A DNA stretch of 56,722 nucleotides from Acutalibacteraceae bacterium. GTDB taxonomy: Bacteria > Bacillota > Clostridia > Oscillospirales > Acutalibacteraceae. Shown in pieces: positions 28,204 to 38,370 of the stretch. Each line of letters opens with the position of its first letter. Position 1 is the first letter of the stretch. The notes under the pieces were generated by a model. The model did not search any database and was not told where the DNA came from. It saw nothing but the letters and a program-made list of their open reading frames with translations. The stretch is taken from assembly GCA_045592465.1 (NCBI GenBank), contig JAZNUW010000110.1:1-56722 (forward strand), written 5' to 3'. Position numbers and translations under genes: made by a program.

Positions 28204-28614
28204 TTATTTTACTTCTTCGATGGGCGCATCGGGAATAACAACATCTTTCTTTGTCTTGTTCATAAGACCTGTAACCTTATCAAACATTTCGGGAACAAGG
28301 TTAACAACTCTTTCAGCTGCATTGTCGTATGCAGTGATGTGCTTAAGAGTAACTTCACCGTTGTTGATAACAAGGAAAGCAACGGGTGTGATTGTAACAC
28401 CTGCACCGCCGCCACCGCCGAAGAGCTCTTTATTGCTCTTTGAGGGGAAGTCTGCACCGCCTGAAGCGAAGCCGTATGTAACCTTTGAAACGGGGATAAT
28501 TGTTGTGCCACCCTCAGCGTAAATTGCTTCACCGATTATTGTGCTTGTGTCAACAAGATCACGGATTTTGTCAATTGTTGAGGTGAGAATTGCACCTGCT
28601 GATTTTTCTGCCAT
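28204..28614 (-). CDS. ytfJ: sporulation protein YtfJ (GerW family)
   Basis: 136 aa. TIIPVSKVTYGFASGG...GGGGGAGVTITPVAFLVI is the hallmark of YtfJ/GerW. Confidence 0.88.
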   Translation of the reverse strand: MAEKSAGAILTSTIDKIRDLVDTSTIIGEAIYAEGGTTIIPVSKVTYGFASGGADFPSKSNKELFGGGGGAGVTITPVAFLVINNGEVTLKHITAYDNAAERVVNLVPEMFDKVTGLMNKTKKDVVIPDAPIEEVK

Positions 28615-28631
28615 ATTATTTCATCCTTTCA

Positions 28632-29363
28632 TTAATTAACTTGATTTTCTGTTGGTGTTTTTTCATTATTTGTTTTATTTGCGGACTCTTTCTGTGGTGC
28701 TTTCTTGCTGCCTCCGATAAGGAATTTAACAGCTACACCAAAGATAAGTCTGAATACCATAGCAAGAGTTGCATTGATGATTTTTCTGACCGTCAGGCTC
28801 ATATCAATAAAGAATTCACCTTCGGTTTTGTTTGCAAGAAAATCAGGCTCAACGCAAACATCATATTTAGTGACAACGTTATTGTTACATATAAAGCCGA
28901 AAACCGGATAAACCTTCTGACAGGTTTCACCGTATTTAATAGCGGTTGAAGCTGCATCGCCGGTGCCGACTCTGATATAAAGGTCAACCTCATCGAATCT
29001 GATGCTCTTAAAAATCTTTCCGCCGTAAATACCGAGTATTCTGCCGAGATTTTTTATAACAGCCAGCATGCCGTCATAGCCGTTTGCTTTAACCATTTCA
29101 AGAATAGGATTCGGCTTCTTTTCTTTCGGTTTGTCATCTTTCGGCTTTTCGGGTTTGGGAGGCTTTTCCTTCTTAGGCTTGGGTTCTTTTTTAGGTTTAT
29201 TGGGGTTAGTTGGCAAAATATTCAGTTTTAAAAACAGGTATTTGATGCTCAGATGGATTTTATCATCATAAGCCATCGAAATTCTGACCGGTATTGATAA
29301 AACAAGAATGAAAAATCCGATTATACCTGCCAGTACACAAAGGAAAATCTGAAATCCTGTCAC
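28632..29363 (-). CDS. ytfI: YtfI-like (DUF2953) sporulation membrane protein
   Basis: 243 aa with GTG start after AAAGGGG. N-terminal TM helix and a Lys/Pro-rich linker (KPKKEPKPKKEKPPKPEKPKDDKPKEKKP). Paired with ytfJ as in Bacillus. Confidence 0.7.
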   Translation of the reverse strand: MTGFQIFLCVLAGIIGFFILVLSIPVRISMAYDDKIHLSIKYLFLKLNILPTNPNKPKKEPKPKKEKPPKPEKPKDDKPKEKKPNPILEMVKANGYDGMLAVIKNLGRILGIYGGKIFKSIRFDEVDLYIRVGTGDAASTAIKYGETCQKVYPVFGFICNNNVVTKYDVCVEPDFLANKTEGEFFIDMSLTVRKIINATLAMVFRLIFGVAVKFLIGGSKKAPQKESANKTNNEKTPTENQVN

Positions 29364-29468
29364 TTTCTCACCCCTTTCATTTAGTCCTCTTTATATGTTA
29401 CCTTAAAAAATCGTTTTCGTCAACTACTTATTCAAAATCTGTTCATTCAGTTTCAGATTTTTTTACTT

Positions 29469-30020
29469 TTACTCTGCATTTTCCTCTTCAGTGTTCTGTG
29501 AGGACTCTGCCGACTCGGGAAGTTCAGGCAATTCATCCAAGGATGATATGCAGAAGCATCTGAGAAATTCAGGCGTTGTGCCGTAAATGAGAGGTCTGCC
29601 CGGCAAATCAAGTCTGCCCTTTTCTTCAATGAGAGATTTGCTGCACAGGTTAGTTATAACAGCAGTGCAGTCAACGCCTCTTATGCTTTCAACAAAAGCC
29701 TTGGTTACCGGCTGATTATACGCAATTATTGCAAGCACCTCAAAAGCAGCCTGAGATAAAGGAGCGTTTTTCTTGACTTCAATTACCGCTCTGATTTTAT
29801 CGGCATACTGTTTTTTTGTGCAGATCTGATATTTATTTTCGAGCCTGAGAAGACATATGCCGAAGCTGCTGTCTTCATATCTTTTCTGAAGCTTTTCGAG
29901 AGTATCGCGGACAACTATTTCATCGAGCTCGAGAGCAACACAAAGTCGTTCGATTTCTATAGGCTCACCCATAGCAAACAGCACTGATTCCATTAAGGGC
30001 AAAAGCTCATTATTGCTCAT
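29469..30020 (-). CDS. scpB: segregation and condensation protein B
   Basis: 183 aa with tandem winged-helix pattern (LEAVLFA-like MESVLFAMGEP, IRGVD). Overlaps the scpA stop. Confidence 0.9.
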   Translation of the reverse strand: MSNNELLPLMESVLFAMGEPIEIERLCVALELDEIVVRDTLEKLQKRYEDSSFGICLLRLENKYQICTKKQYADKIRAVIEVKKNAPLSQAAFEVLAIIAYNQPVTKAFVESIRGVDCTAVITNLCSKSLIEEKGRLDLPGRPLIYGTTPEFLRCFCISSLDELPELPESAESSQNTEEENAE

Positions 30021-30783
30021 TTATACTCACCTCATTCTTTTCATATTCATTGTCAAGCAGCGCAAGGTCAAGCTCGCTTATATCTTCATTCTGCTCAATT
30101 TCAACCTTGTCACCTGCGCCCCATGCTTTGATTTTATCTGCTTTTATAAGCTCAAGCATAGCAAGGAAGGTTGCAACCATCTCTGAACGAGAGGAAGCAT
30201 CGGAGAAAAAGTCGTTGAATCTTCTCTTTGCGCCTTTTTTCAGCTTTGAAAATATTCCGTTTACTCTTGATGAAACTGACACTATCTTCTTTGACACAAT
30301 AGCAGTGAATGCCTCAATTGGCGGCGGAAGCTTCCTTTTGCCTCTGCCGACAGCAGCAAGATAGCTCTTGAACAGTTCTTCACTTTCGTGAAGACGTTCA
30401 TAGGTTTTATTGGTTTCGATTTTCATTGTGTCGCGATAAAAATAGTCAAAGCCGTCAGCAGTCTCAGCTATCTTTCCTGCAAGAATCTTGCAGTCCCTGT
30501 ATTCAATGATTTCGCCTGTCAGCTCCTTTTTAAGCTGTTCAGCCTCTTCATATACAGGAAGAAGTGACACCGTTTTGATATAAACGAGTCTTGCAGCCAT
30601 ATCAAGAAAATCGCTGGCAATTTCCATATCAGCCTCTTCCATCTTGCGCACATAGTCAATGTACTGCTCAACAAGAGTGAAAATCGGTATATCGTTGATA
30701 TTCAATTTGTGTTTATTTATGAGATGCAATAAAAGGTCCATAGGCCCTTCAAAGACATCGAGCTTATATTGAATAACTTCCAT
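30010..30783 (-). CDS. scpA: segregation and condensation protein A (kleisin)
   Basis: 257 aa. FEGPMDLLLHLI N-terminal motif typical of ScpA. Confidence 0.9.
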   Translation of the reverse strand: MEVIQYKLDVFEGPMDLLLHLINKHKLNINDIPIFTLVEQYIDYVRKMEEADMEIASDFLDMAARLVYIKTVSLLPVYEEAEQLKKELTGEIIEYRDCKILAGKIAETADGFDYFYRDTMKIETNKTYERLHESEELFKSYLAAVGRGKRKLPPPIEAFTAIVSKKIVSVSSRVNGIFSKLKKGAKRRFNDFFSDASSRSEMVATFLAMLELIKADKIKAWGAGDKVEIEQNEDISELDLALLDNEYEKNEVSINEQ

Positions 30784-30794
30784 TAATGATCTCC

Positions 30795-31463
30795 TTAAAT
30801 AAAGGGTGCGCTGCAGATGCTTATTATTATCTTCTGAACGAAGCCTGTTGCAATTGCGATGGGTGTGTCAAGAACACCGAGAATGATCAGAGCAAATACG
30901 CCCAGAACGATACATCTTTCATATTGCATAAGCTTATAATAGGTTTTGTCAGGCAGAATTGCACTGAGAATTCTTGAGCCGTCAAGAGGCGGTATGGGAA
31001 TAAGGTTGAACACTGCAAGTGAAATGTTAACCATAGCAGCATACATAAAGAACAGTGCAATATAGAACATCATATCGTTCACTGCAAGCTTATAATAAAT
31101 AAGGCAATAAAGGAACATAAAAATGAACGCCATAATGATGTTTGAAACAGGGCCTGCGAGTGCAGTGAGCGCCATATAGGTCTTTCTTTTTGCAGGCTTG
31201 AAGTTTCTCATGTTGACGGGAACTGCCTTTGCAAAGCCGAAGCCCACAAGAATAATCATAAGCGAGCCTAAGGGGTCGATATGAGCAAGCGGATTCATGG
31301 TAAGTCGACCTGAAAGACGCGCCGTGGGGTCACCAAGCTTATTTGCAACATAGCCGTGAGCAAACTCATGTATGGGCAAAACACAGAAAATTATGAATAC
31401 GCGGGCGCAAAGACTTATAATAAGTTCCATGGAAAGCCCGTCTTTTAATAAATCAAACAGCAT
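30795..31463 (-). CDS. site-2 protease family (M50) membrane metalloprotease
   Basis: 222 aa, polytopic. HEFAHG zinc motif and second motif NLIPIPPLDG. Confidence 0.85.
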   Translation of the reverse strand: MLFDLLKDGLSMELIISLCARVFIIFCVLPIHEFAHGYVANKLGDPTARLSGRLTMNPLAHIDPLGSLMIILVGFGFAKAVPVNMRNFKPAKRKTYMALTALAGPVSNIIMAFIFMFLYCLIYYKLAVNDMMFYIALFFMYAAMVNISLAVFNLIPIPPLDGSRILSAILPDKTYYKLMQYERCIVLGVFALIILGVLDTPIAIATGFVQKIIISICSAPFI

Positions 31464-32313
31464 CAGTATTTTTCCTTCCTATCACTATTCTCTGAATGTT
31501 ATTATAGTCATTTATGACTTCGCTGTCAAAGCCTATAGCTGAAAAAAGCTTTACAATATCTTCACTTTGCTCTTCACCGCATTCAAAAGCCATAAAACCG
31601 CCTTTTTTCAGCTTTTTGCTCCATTCATAAACAAGCATACGATAAAAAACAAGACCGTCTTCTCCCCCGTCAAGAGCCATTGAGGGCTCACGTCTGACTT
31701 CACTCTGAAGAAAGGGAATTTCCTCACTTTTAATATAAGGCGGATTACTGATAATCACATCAGCTTCAGTCAGTGATTCAAACATTCCGGGGATAAGGAT
31801 GTCTCCCTGAATGAGCACAGGCTTATCATTACAGCAAAGGTTATCAATGTTTTTGTTCAGGTAACAGATTGCTTCAGGAGATTTTTCGACAAGAAAAACC
31901 TTGGCATCAGGACAAAGCTTTTTAACGCTGATGCCTATGCAGCCACTGCCTGAGCATAAATCAAAAACAGTAGGCGATTCATAACAAGCAAGCTGTTCGC
32001 AGACATATTCGCAAAGAATTTCTGTTTCGGGTCTCGGAATAAGCACGCCCTGCCCTACCTTAAAGGTGAAGCCCATAAAATCCCATTCGCCTAAAACATA
32101 CTGAATCGGCTCACCGTCAATACGGCGCTTTGCCATTGTAAGGGCATAGTCACACTGCTTATCGGATATCTCAAGGTCGCCCGAAAGCAAAAATTCACTG
32201 TAGCTGATATTCAGCACTTTTTCAATAATAAGACGAGCTTCAAGATTTCCGTCTTCAATATCGTTTGCAGAAAACTCTTTGCAGATATTTTTATAAAGCA
32301 GTGCCCTTGTCAT
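31453..32313 (-). CDS. prmC: peptide chain release factor N5-glutamine methyltransferase
   Basis: 286 aa. SAM motif DLCSGSGCIG and catalytic NPPY. Confidence 0.9.
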   Translation of the reverse strand: MTRALLYKNICKEFSANDIEDGNLEARLIIEKVLNISYSEFLLSGDLEISDKQCDYALTMAKRRIDGEPIQYVLGEWDFMGFTFKVGQGVLIPRPETEILCEYVCEQLACYESPTVFDLCSGSGCIGISVKKLCPDAKVFLVEKSPEAICYLNKNIDNLCCNDKPVLIQGDILIPGMFESLTEADVIISNPPYIKSEEIPFLQSEVRREPSMALDGGEDGLVFYRMLVYEWSKKLKKGGFMAFECGEEQSEDIVKLFSAIGFDSEVINDYNNIQRIVIGRKNTDAV

Positions 32314-33293
32314 ATTTTATCGTCCTCAGGATTTTCTGTTATAACAGCTTTAAAAGAAGCTATTGCTACTTCTATCATATCATCGTCAGGCTCTTTTGTG
32401 GTCAGTCTCTGCATCCACAGACCGGGGGCGGCAAGAATTCTGACAAAAATGTTGTCGTGTCTGCCCGCGTACTTGATGAACTCATAGCTGAGGCCTGTGA
32501 TAAGAGGCAGAATAAGAATTTTGATTGCCATCCAGATAATCGTCTGATCGCGAAGCTCAGGGGCAATAACGGATATTGCAGATGAGATAACCACACTGAT
32601 AATTATAATAACAAAGATGAAGCTGGTGCCGCAACGCGGGTGAAAGCGTGACTGCTTTCTGATGTTTTCAACAGTGAGCTCGCAACCGTTTTCATAGCAG
32701 AAAATTGTTTTGTGCTCTGCACCGTGATACATAAAAGTGCGCTTAATATCTTTCATCAGTGAAACGAGTGCGATATATATTACAAAAATTATCATTCGGA
32801 TTATACCCTCAAACAAAGCGCGGTAATTTGTAAGAGCTTCACCTGAAAGTTTGTTTATAAAATTGACGCATACTGTGGGAAGATAGAAGAAAAGACCAAA
32901 GGCCAGAAGCATGCCGAGAATGCTCGCAACACCTGTGAGCACACCCATAACCTTTTTGTTGATGTGGGCATTTAGCCATTTGTCAAGCTTTGACATATTT
33001 GCCTCATCATCCTCAATATCTTCAAGGCCCGACTTTTCAGCGGACATCATAAGGCATTTATAGCCGAAAATCATTGATTCAATATAAGCAACAACACCTC
33101 TGATCAAAGGCCATCCGAGAGGCTTGAACTTATCTTTGGCATGCTTGAAATCAACCATTTCAGTGTCTATGCTGCCGTCAGGTGTTCTTACGGACACTGC
33201 CGCACCCTTTGGTCCTTGCATCATAATACCTTCAATAAGTGCCTGACCGCCGACAGATGTTTTGTGAAGTGATTTTTCTTTATTGTTAAGCAA
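32310..33293 (-). CDS. DUF1385/YqhQ family membrane protein
   Basis: 327 aa. VGGQALIEGIMM N-terminal motif, HGAEHK motif and C-terminal TM helices. Typically found upstream of prmC in Firmicutes. Confidence 0.8.
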   Translation of the reverse strand: MLNNKEKSLHKTSVGGQALIEGIMMQGPKGAAVSVRTPDGSIDTEMVDFKHAKDKFKPLGWPLIRGVVAYIESMIFGYKCLMMSAEKSGLEDIEDDEANMSKLDKWLNAHINKKVMGVLTGVASILGMLLAFGLFFYLPTVCVNFINKLSGEALTNYRALFEGIIRMIIFVIYIALVSLMKDIKRTFMYHGAEHKTIFCYENGCELTVENIRKQSRFHPRCGTSFIFVIIIISVVISSAISVIAPELRDQTIIWMAIKILILPLITGLSYEFIKYAGRHDNIFVRILAAPGLWMQRLTTKEPDDDMIEVAIASFKAVITENPEDDKI

Positions 33294-33295
33294 AT

Positions 33296-34714
33296 TTATT
33301 CCTCCTTACTCTCTGCAGGCAAGAAAATTTCAACAGTAGTGCCTTTATTAAGTTCACTTGAAATATTAATCTCACCGGAGTGCTTTTTAATGATTTCATC
33401 AGCAACTGCAAGGCCGATACCGGTACCTCTCACAGTGTTATTTGATTTATAAAATTTCTCTTTAACGTGAGGAAGATCCTTGTCGGAGATTCCGCATCCG
33501 TTATCACTGACAGATATTTTAACATATTTCTGCACAGTTTCAAGTAAAATTTCAATTTTTCCGTCTTTGTCGGTGTATTTTATTGCATTATCAATTATAT
33601 TTATCAGCACCTGACGGATTTTATCCACATCACCGATGACATAGACATCTTCATCACAGCGATCACTCAGCCCGAGAAATTTGCCCTCCTCCTCTGAATT
33701 CTGCTTATAGAAACCGTAAACCTTGTGAATAAGCTGTGTAAGATTAAATCTTTGTGAAATAATCTTCATGCCTGAGCTTTGCATTCTTGAAAAATCAAGA
33801 AGCTCTTCAACCATAACGGAAAGTCTTGTTGTTTCATCGACGATGATGTCCAGGCCTTTATCGAGAATTGTTTTTTCATATCCCACATTTTTGAGGGTTT
33901 CACCCCAGCCCTTGATAGCTGTGAGCGGAGTGCGTATTTCGTGCGAAACTGTTGAAATAAAATCGTTTTTCATCTTATCAATTTCACTCAGCTGAAGAGC
34001 CATATTGTTGATAGAATCGCACAACTCCCCTATTTCATCGTTATAATAATCATAATCAATCCTTACGCTGAAGTTGCCCTTGGCAATTTCACCTGTTGTT
34101 TTGCATATATCGGTAACAGGATTGACAATTGATGAAACAAAATATAAGCCTGAAACTGTGATGAGAATAACAATGAGTACGAAGGCTATCAGTACAACAA
34201 GAGCTATAATAAACAGCTGATTATACATTTCTTCCATTGAAATAAGATATCTGACCGCACCGAACTGCTTTCCCGATTCATCGCGAAGAATATATGACAT
34301 AGCCGTTACAGGCTCGCCCGAGTCAAGTCTTTGCAATTTGACACCGATATTATCCTCAGCCTCAAGTGCAAGCTTATAGTCTTCCATTTTGCTGGAGGTG
34401 GCAACATTAAAGCCACTGGACGAAACGATCATTTTGCCGTTTTTATCGATTACCCAGACCTCCATAATATCACGGTAAAGGAAGTTTTCAACAAATTTAT
34501 ATGCACCGAGTGTGAACTGGTCGCTGTCACCGTTATTGTAAGCTGCAAAAAAGCTGTCAACGGATTTAGAGTTTCTGGCTCTTATTGTGAGCTCGGCTGA
34601 ATTATAAAAGCGGGTTGAAGCAGAAAAAATAATTATGCAGGAGAAAGTGAAAAGAATAGCAATAATTACAAGAAGGATATGCTTTATCCATCTGCTTTTA
34701 ATCGAGCTTTTCAT
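33296..34714 (-). CDS. sensor histidine kinase
   Basis: ORF 33296-34765; ATG 34714 follows AAGGAG. Two TM helices flank an extracytoplasmic domain of about 150 aa. H-box SHEIRTPLT, N box IDNAIKYT, G boxes DNGCGI and GTGIGL. Confidence 0.9.
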   Translation of the reverse strand: MKSSIKSRWIKHILLVIIAILFTFSCIIIFSASTRFYNSAELTIRARNSKSVDSFFAAYNNGDSDQFTLGAYKFVENFLYRDIMEVWVIDKNGKMIVSSSGFNVATSSKMEDYKLALEAEDNIGVKLQRLDSGEPVTAMSYILRDESGKQFGAVRYLISMEEMYNQLFIIALVVLIAFVLIVILITVSGLYFVSSIVNPVTDICKTTGEIAKGNFSVRIDYDYYNDEIGELCDSINNMALQLSEIDKMKNDFISTVSHEIRTPLTAIKGWGETLKNVGYEKTILDKGLDIIVDETTRLSVMVEELLDFSRMQSSGMKIISQRFNLTQLIHKVYGFYKQNSEEEGKFLGLSDRCDEDVYVIGDVDKIRQVLINIIDNAIKYTDKDGKIEILLETVQKYVKISVSDNGCGISDKDLPHVKEKFYKSNNTVRGTGIGLAVADEIIKKHSGEINISSELNKGTTVEIFLPAESKEE

Positions 34715-34734
34715 AAAATTCTCCTTTACTGATT

Positions 34735-35436
34735 TTATTCTACCCATCTGTAGCCTCTGCCCCATACAGTTAAAAGATGCTCAGGTGTTGATGAATTATC
34801 TTCTATTTTCAGACGTAAACGCCTTATGTTGACGTCAACAACCTTTTCATCACCGTAATATTCATCGCCCCACACGTGCTCAAGAAAAACATTTCTCGGA
34901 ATTGTTGTGTCGGGATGCTTGAAAAAGCATTCGAGAATATGGTACTCAATCTGTGTGAGCTCAATTTCCTTTTCTCCCTTTAAAAGAACGTGCTTTTTAA
35001 GGTCAAGGCTGAATTCACCGAGTGTTATGATATCTTTTGAGGATTCGCTGAGAATCTTTTTGCTGTAGCTGACTCGTCTGAATAAAGCTTCAACTCTGGC
35101 AATAAGCTCAGTTGTTGAAAAAGGCTTAGTAATATAATCATCGGCTCCGCTGATAAGGCCGTGAATCTTATCCTGCTCCTGAGTCTTTGCGGTCAGAAAA
35201 ATGATACCAACATTCATATCCTTGCTTCTTATGTAATTGCACGCCTCAATACCGTCACATTCGGGCATCATTATATCAAGGAGAGCAATATCAATTTTAT
35301 CTGCAAAAGCATCATATTTTTCTTTAGCATCATTGCCGTTTTCCGCTTCGATGGTTTCATATCCGGCAAGTCTGAGGTTGATTGTAATAAATTCTCTTAT
35401 AGCTGATTCGTCTTCAGCAACTAAAATTGTTTTCAT
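34735..35436 (-). CDS. OmpR/PhoB-type response regulator
   Basis: 233 aa. Receiver domain (VAEDE, LLDIMMP, LTAK) and winged-helix output (VWGRGYRW). Confidence 0.92.
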   Translation of the reverse strand: MKTILVAEDESAIREFITINLRLAGYETIEAENGNDAKEKYDAFADKIDIALLDIMMPECDGIEACNYIRSKDMNVGIIFLTAKTQEQDKIHGLISGADDYITKPFSTTELIARVEALFRRVSYSKKILSESSKDIITLGEFSLDLKKHVLLKGEKEIELTQIEYHILECFFKHPDTTIPRNVFLEHVWGDEYYGDEKVVDVNIRRLRLKIEDNSSTPEHLLTVWGRGYRWVE

Positions 35437-35443
35437 ATCATAT

Positions 35444-36805
35444 TCACCCCAAAATCATATTATTTAAAATCTTTTTCTGTGTAACACCAAGCTCTTCGCC
35501 CCTGTCAAATATTCTGTAATAGTAATACTGACCTTTATTGTTACGAAGATAATCATAGTCCGTTGAGAAAAATGAGATAGACTTTTCTTCTGTAACGGTT
35601 TTGATTGCAAAATAAGGTGCTCCGCAGACAAGGCGGCCGCCGCTATATTTAAGCTGACAGAAAGTGAGCACACCCTTTGAAAGATCGTTCTCTACAGTAA
35701 CGTTACCTATCCAGCTCTCATCAAATCTGAAGGAATACCCTGCCTGGAAATTAATCAGACGGTACTCAACGGTTTTAAAGCCTGAGGATGAAATCTGTAC
35801 CCATTTGATTATTGGCTGACCATTGTCTGAGCTTCGCTCAACCGACACAACACTGCTTGCAGGCAGAAGCTCTTCAATCGGCACCTCAATTAGACCGTCG
35901 TCATTTATATCTGCAGAAAAAACGCCTGTTGCTCTTGATGTTATGGCACTGAGATTGACACCGTTGAAAACAGGCTTGTCGAATTTGTTTTCTGCGCTGT
36001 TCCAATAAAGGCAATCCGTTGCCATACCGCTGTCAATTTTATAGCCGTCAATATAAATCTTTTTCATGTTATCTTCAACATTTTTGTCACTGACAACTGA
36101 TGTGACAGATGCAATCGATCTGTCAAGAGGTATACCCGCAATCTCAGAAATTCCTTTTTTGGTATAGGATAAAAATACGGCGCGGTACTCATTTTCAGGT
36201 GCATTAGGCACTGCTGAATATTTAAGTGAAAGAATATCGAGAACACCGTCTGAATCAATATCGATAATTTCAAAATGGGAATAAGAATCGTCAAACACAG
36301 GCCTGATGGAAACACTGTCGCCTTTTCTTGCTATTTTATAAACACTGAGAAGCTTTGAATAGTCATCCTGATAGGTTGTCCAGCCAACAATAATTTCTTT
36401 GAGCTTGTCACCGTTGAGATCGGCGAATTTTATTTCCTGAATCTGATTATGAAGGCTTTCAAAATCAGCAATACTCTGCCATTTGCCGTCAATTGAATCG
36501 AGAACATTCATTCTCACAATATCAATTGCATCCTTGCCTGAATAAAAAACAATAACTTCGTTTTCATTGTCACCGTCAAGATCGATAAAGGTATATGCCG
36601 ATCGGTAATCACCTTTAAGAGGCTGCTTTAAAAGATATGTATCGCCTACGCTTTCTTCAAAAGCAAGTTGAATTGCCAGGTTTTCACCCTCAACCTTAGG
36701 CGGTTTCATCAAAGAATTAACAGGCTTGAACTCGGACACAAGAAAAATCAGAGCTGCAGCCAGAATTACTGCTGTGAGCACAAGTCCAATTGAATACTTT
36801 TTCAT
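35444..36805 (-). CDS. membrane-anchored protein with FG-GAP/VCBS-like calcium-loop repeats (hypothetical)
   Basis: 453 aa. N-terminal TM anchor and four Dx[DN]xDG-type loops (DLDGDNENE, DLNGDKLKE, DIDSDGVLD, DINDDGLIE) spaced as in beta-propeller repeats. Stop lies 8 nt from the RR gene start. Confidence 0.6.
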   Translation of the reverse strand: MKKYSIGLVLTAVILAAALIFLVSEFKPVNSLMKPPKVEGENLAIQLAFEESVGDTYLLKQPLKGDYRSAYTFIDLDGDNENEVIVFYSGKDAIDIVRMNVLDSIDGKWQSIADFESLHNQIQEIKFADLNGDKLKEIIVGWTTYQDDYSKLLSVYKIARKGDSVSIRPVFDDSYSHFEIIDIDSDGVLDILSLKYSAVPNAPENEYRAVFLSYTKKGISEIAGIPLDRSIASVTSVVSDKNVEDNMKKIYIDGYKIDSGMATDCLYWNSAENKFDKPVFNGVNLSAITSRATGVFSADINDDGLIEVPIEELLPASSVVSVERSSDNGQPIIKWVQISSSGFKTVEYRLINFQAGYSFRFDESWIGNVTVENDLSKGVLTFCQLKYSGGRLVCGAPYFAIKTVTEEKSISFFSTDYDYLRNNKGQYYYYRIFDRGEELGVTQKKILNNMILG

Positions 36806-36856
36806 ACAGCCACTCCTTTCACGTTTTGCTTTATATTTTAATATACAAACCTGATT

Positions 36857-38368
36857 TTAACTTAAAAAATCAACAAGAGGTTTAATGTCAAGTGAAGTGA
36901 AAGCCGAAATAAAATTCATAAATTCGGCAGCAATTTTCTTAACACCGCCGCTGACATCACTTTCAATGTTAAGGGGCATAATCGGGTCATGAACACTGAG
37001 TCTGAGAAGAAGCCAGCCCTTCATATCATCCGAATCAAAGAACACGCGGATGCCCTCGCGGTTGTCATCGGCAACACGCCAGCCTTCAGAGGCCGTTGCA
37101 TAAGCCAGAAGCTCTGAAATCACACCGTTGCCGTAGCTTCTGAAATCATCTTCATTTATTTTAAAACGAAGCTCAGCCTCCTCGGCAGGGTCCTTAAGGC
37201 AGGAAATAAGGCTGTCGAGCTTTTTGCTCTCCTTGCCCATCTGAGCCATTTTAATAACAATTTTTGTCACAAGATAAGCGCCGTCATCAAGATAATAGTT
37301 ATCTCTGAAAGCCGCATGGCCTGATGTTTCAATTGCAAGCGGACAGTTGACTCCTTCACTTTCAAGGCGAAGCTGCTCGTTGATAACATTTCTGTAGCCT
37401 CTCTTGAATCGGTAATGAACACCGCCTAAATGGTTGTTTATAAAGTCTGTAAGGCCTGTTGAGGTGACACTGTCGGTTACAATTGTACCACCCTTGTTGT
37501 TTTCAAGAGCAATTATTGATGCAAGAGCGACGAGTCTGTTGCGGTTGATTTCTTTGCCGTTTTCGTCAACACAGCCTGCTCTGTCAACATCAGTGTCAAA
37601 AATTATGCCAAGGTCAGCGCCGTTATCGGTCACAGCCTTGCAGATAGATGCCATAGCCACTTTATTTTCAGGGTTTGGTGCATGATTCGGGAACATACCG
37701 TCCATTTCAAGAAACTGACTGCCTGTAACGTCTGCGCCTAAAGGTGCAAGAACATTCTTTGCATAAAATCCGCCCACACCGTTGCCTGCGTCAACAACAA
37801 TTTTATATCCGTCAAGAGGCTTTGACTCAGGTGAAACACCGAGTTCGGCGCAAATCATTTTTCGCAGTTCACACGAATAAACTGACATAAAGTCATATTC
37901 TTTCACGTCAGGTACTCTGCCGCTGCTTATATGGTCCTCACAAGCCAGTTCAGTGATTCTCTCAATATCTTCGCCGTTAAGACCGCCCTGAGCAGTAAAG
38001 AACTTAAGGCCGTTTTTATTAAACGGATGATGGCTTGCAGTTATCTGAACGCTTGCCTGACAATCGAGATATACCGTCGTCATAAACATAGCGGGAGTCG
38101 ATGCATAGCCACAGTCATAAATCTCAAAACCGAATTCGCCGAGAGCTGCTATAACCTGATTTTTAATTCTCACAGCTGAAATTCTTGAATCGTGGCCAAC
38201 TGCAACCTTTTTAACATCTCGGCCCGTTTCCTTCAGCCATTTGCAAAAACCGATTGAAAGATCAAATACCGCTTTATCGGTGAGCTCAATCTCTTCACCT
38301 GCAACGCCATCTGCAGCAGTACCTCTTATATCTGAGCCGCTTTTGAGTTTCTTATAAATATTTTCCAT
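36857..38368 (-). CDS. alpha-D-phosphohexomutase (phosphoglucomutase/phosphomannomutase family)
   Basis: 503 aa. Phosphoserine loop TASHHPFNKNG, Mg loop FDTDVDR, sugar loop ETSGH. Confidence 0.88.
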   Translation of the reverse strand: MENIYKKLKSGSDIRGTAADGVAGEEIELTDKAVFDLSIGFCKWLKETGRDVKKVAVGHDSRISAVRIKNQVIAALGEFGFEIYDCGYASTPAMFMTTVYLDCQASVQITASHHPFNKNGLKFFTAQGGLNGEDIERITELACEDHISSGRVPDVKEYDFMSVYSCELRKMICAELGVSPESKPLDGYKIVVDAGNGVGGFYAKNVLAPLGADVTGSQFLEMDGMFPNHAPNPENKVAMASICKAVTDNGADLGIIFDTDVDRAGCVDENGKEINRNRLVALASIIALENNKGGTIVTDSVTSTGLTDFINNHLGGVHYRFKRGYRNVINEQLRLESEGVNCPLAIETSGHAAFRDNYYLDDGAYLVTKIVIKMAQMGKESKKLDSLISCLKDPAEEAELRFKINEDDFRSYGNGVISELLAYATASEGWRVADDNREGIRVFFDSDDMKGWLLLRLSVHDPIMPLNIESDVSGGVKKIAAEFMNFISAFTSLDIKPLVDFLS

Positions 38369-38370
38369 AA

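Noticed and set aside
31453-33293. Absence of prfA next to prmC, and absence of coaBC and rpe from the yloC...rsgA block, as evidence of deletion or rearrangement.
   Set aside because: These are gene-order differences relative to Bacillus only. No pseudogene remnants or gaps are visible at the junctions, so this is most simply lineage-specific synteny.
36857-38368. Phosphohexomutase active-site loop TASHHP instead of the usual TASHNP, as a sign of altered function.
   Set aside because: The phosphoserine, Mg-binding and sugar-binding loops are all intact. A single substitution next to the Ser is within normal family variation as far as I can judge.
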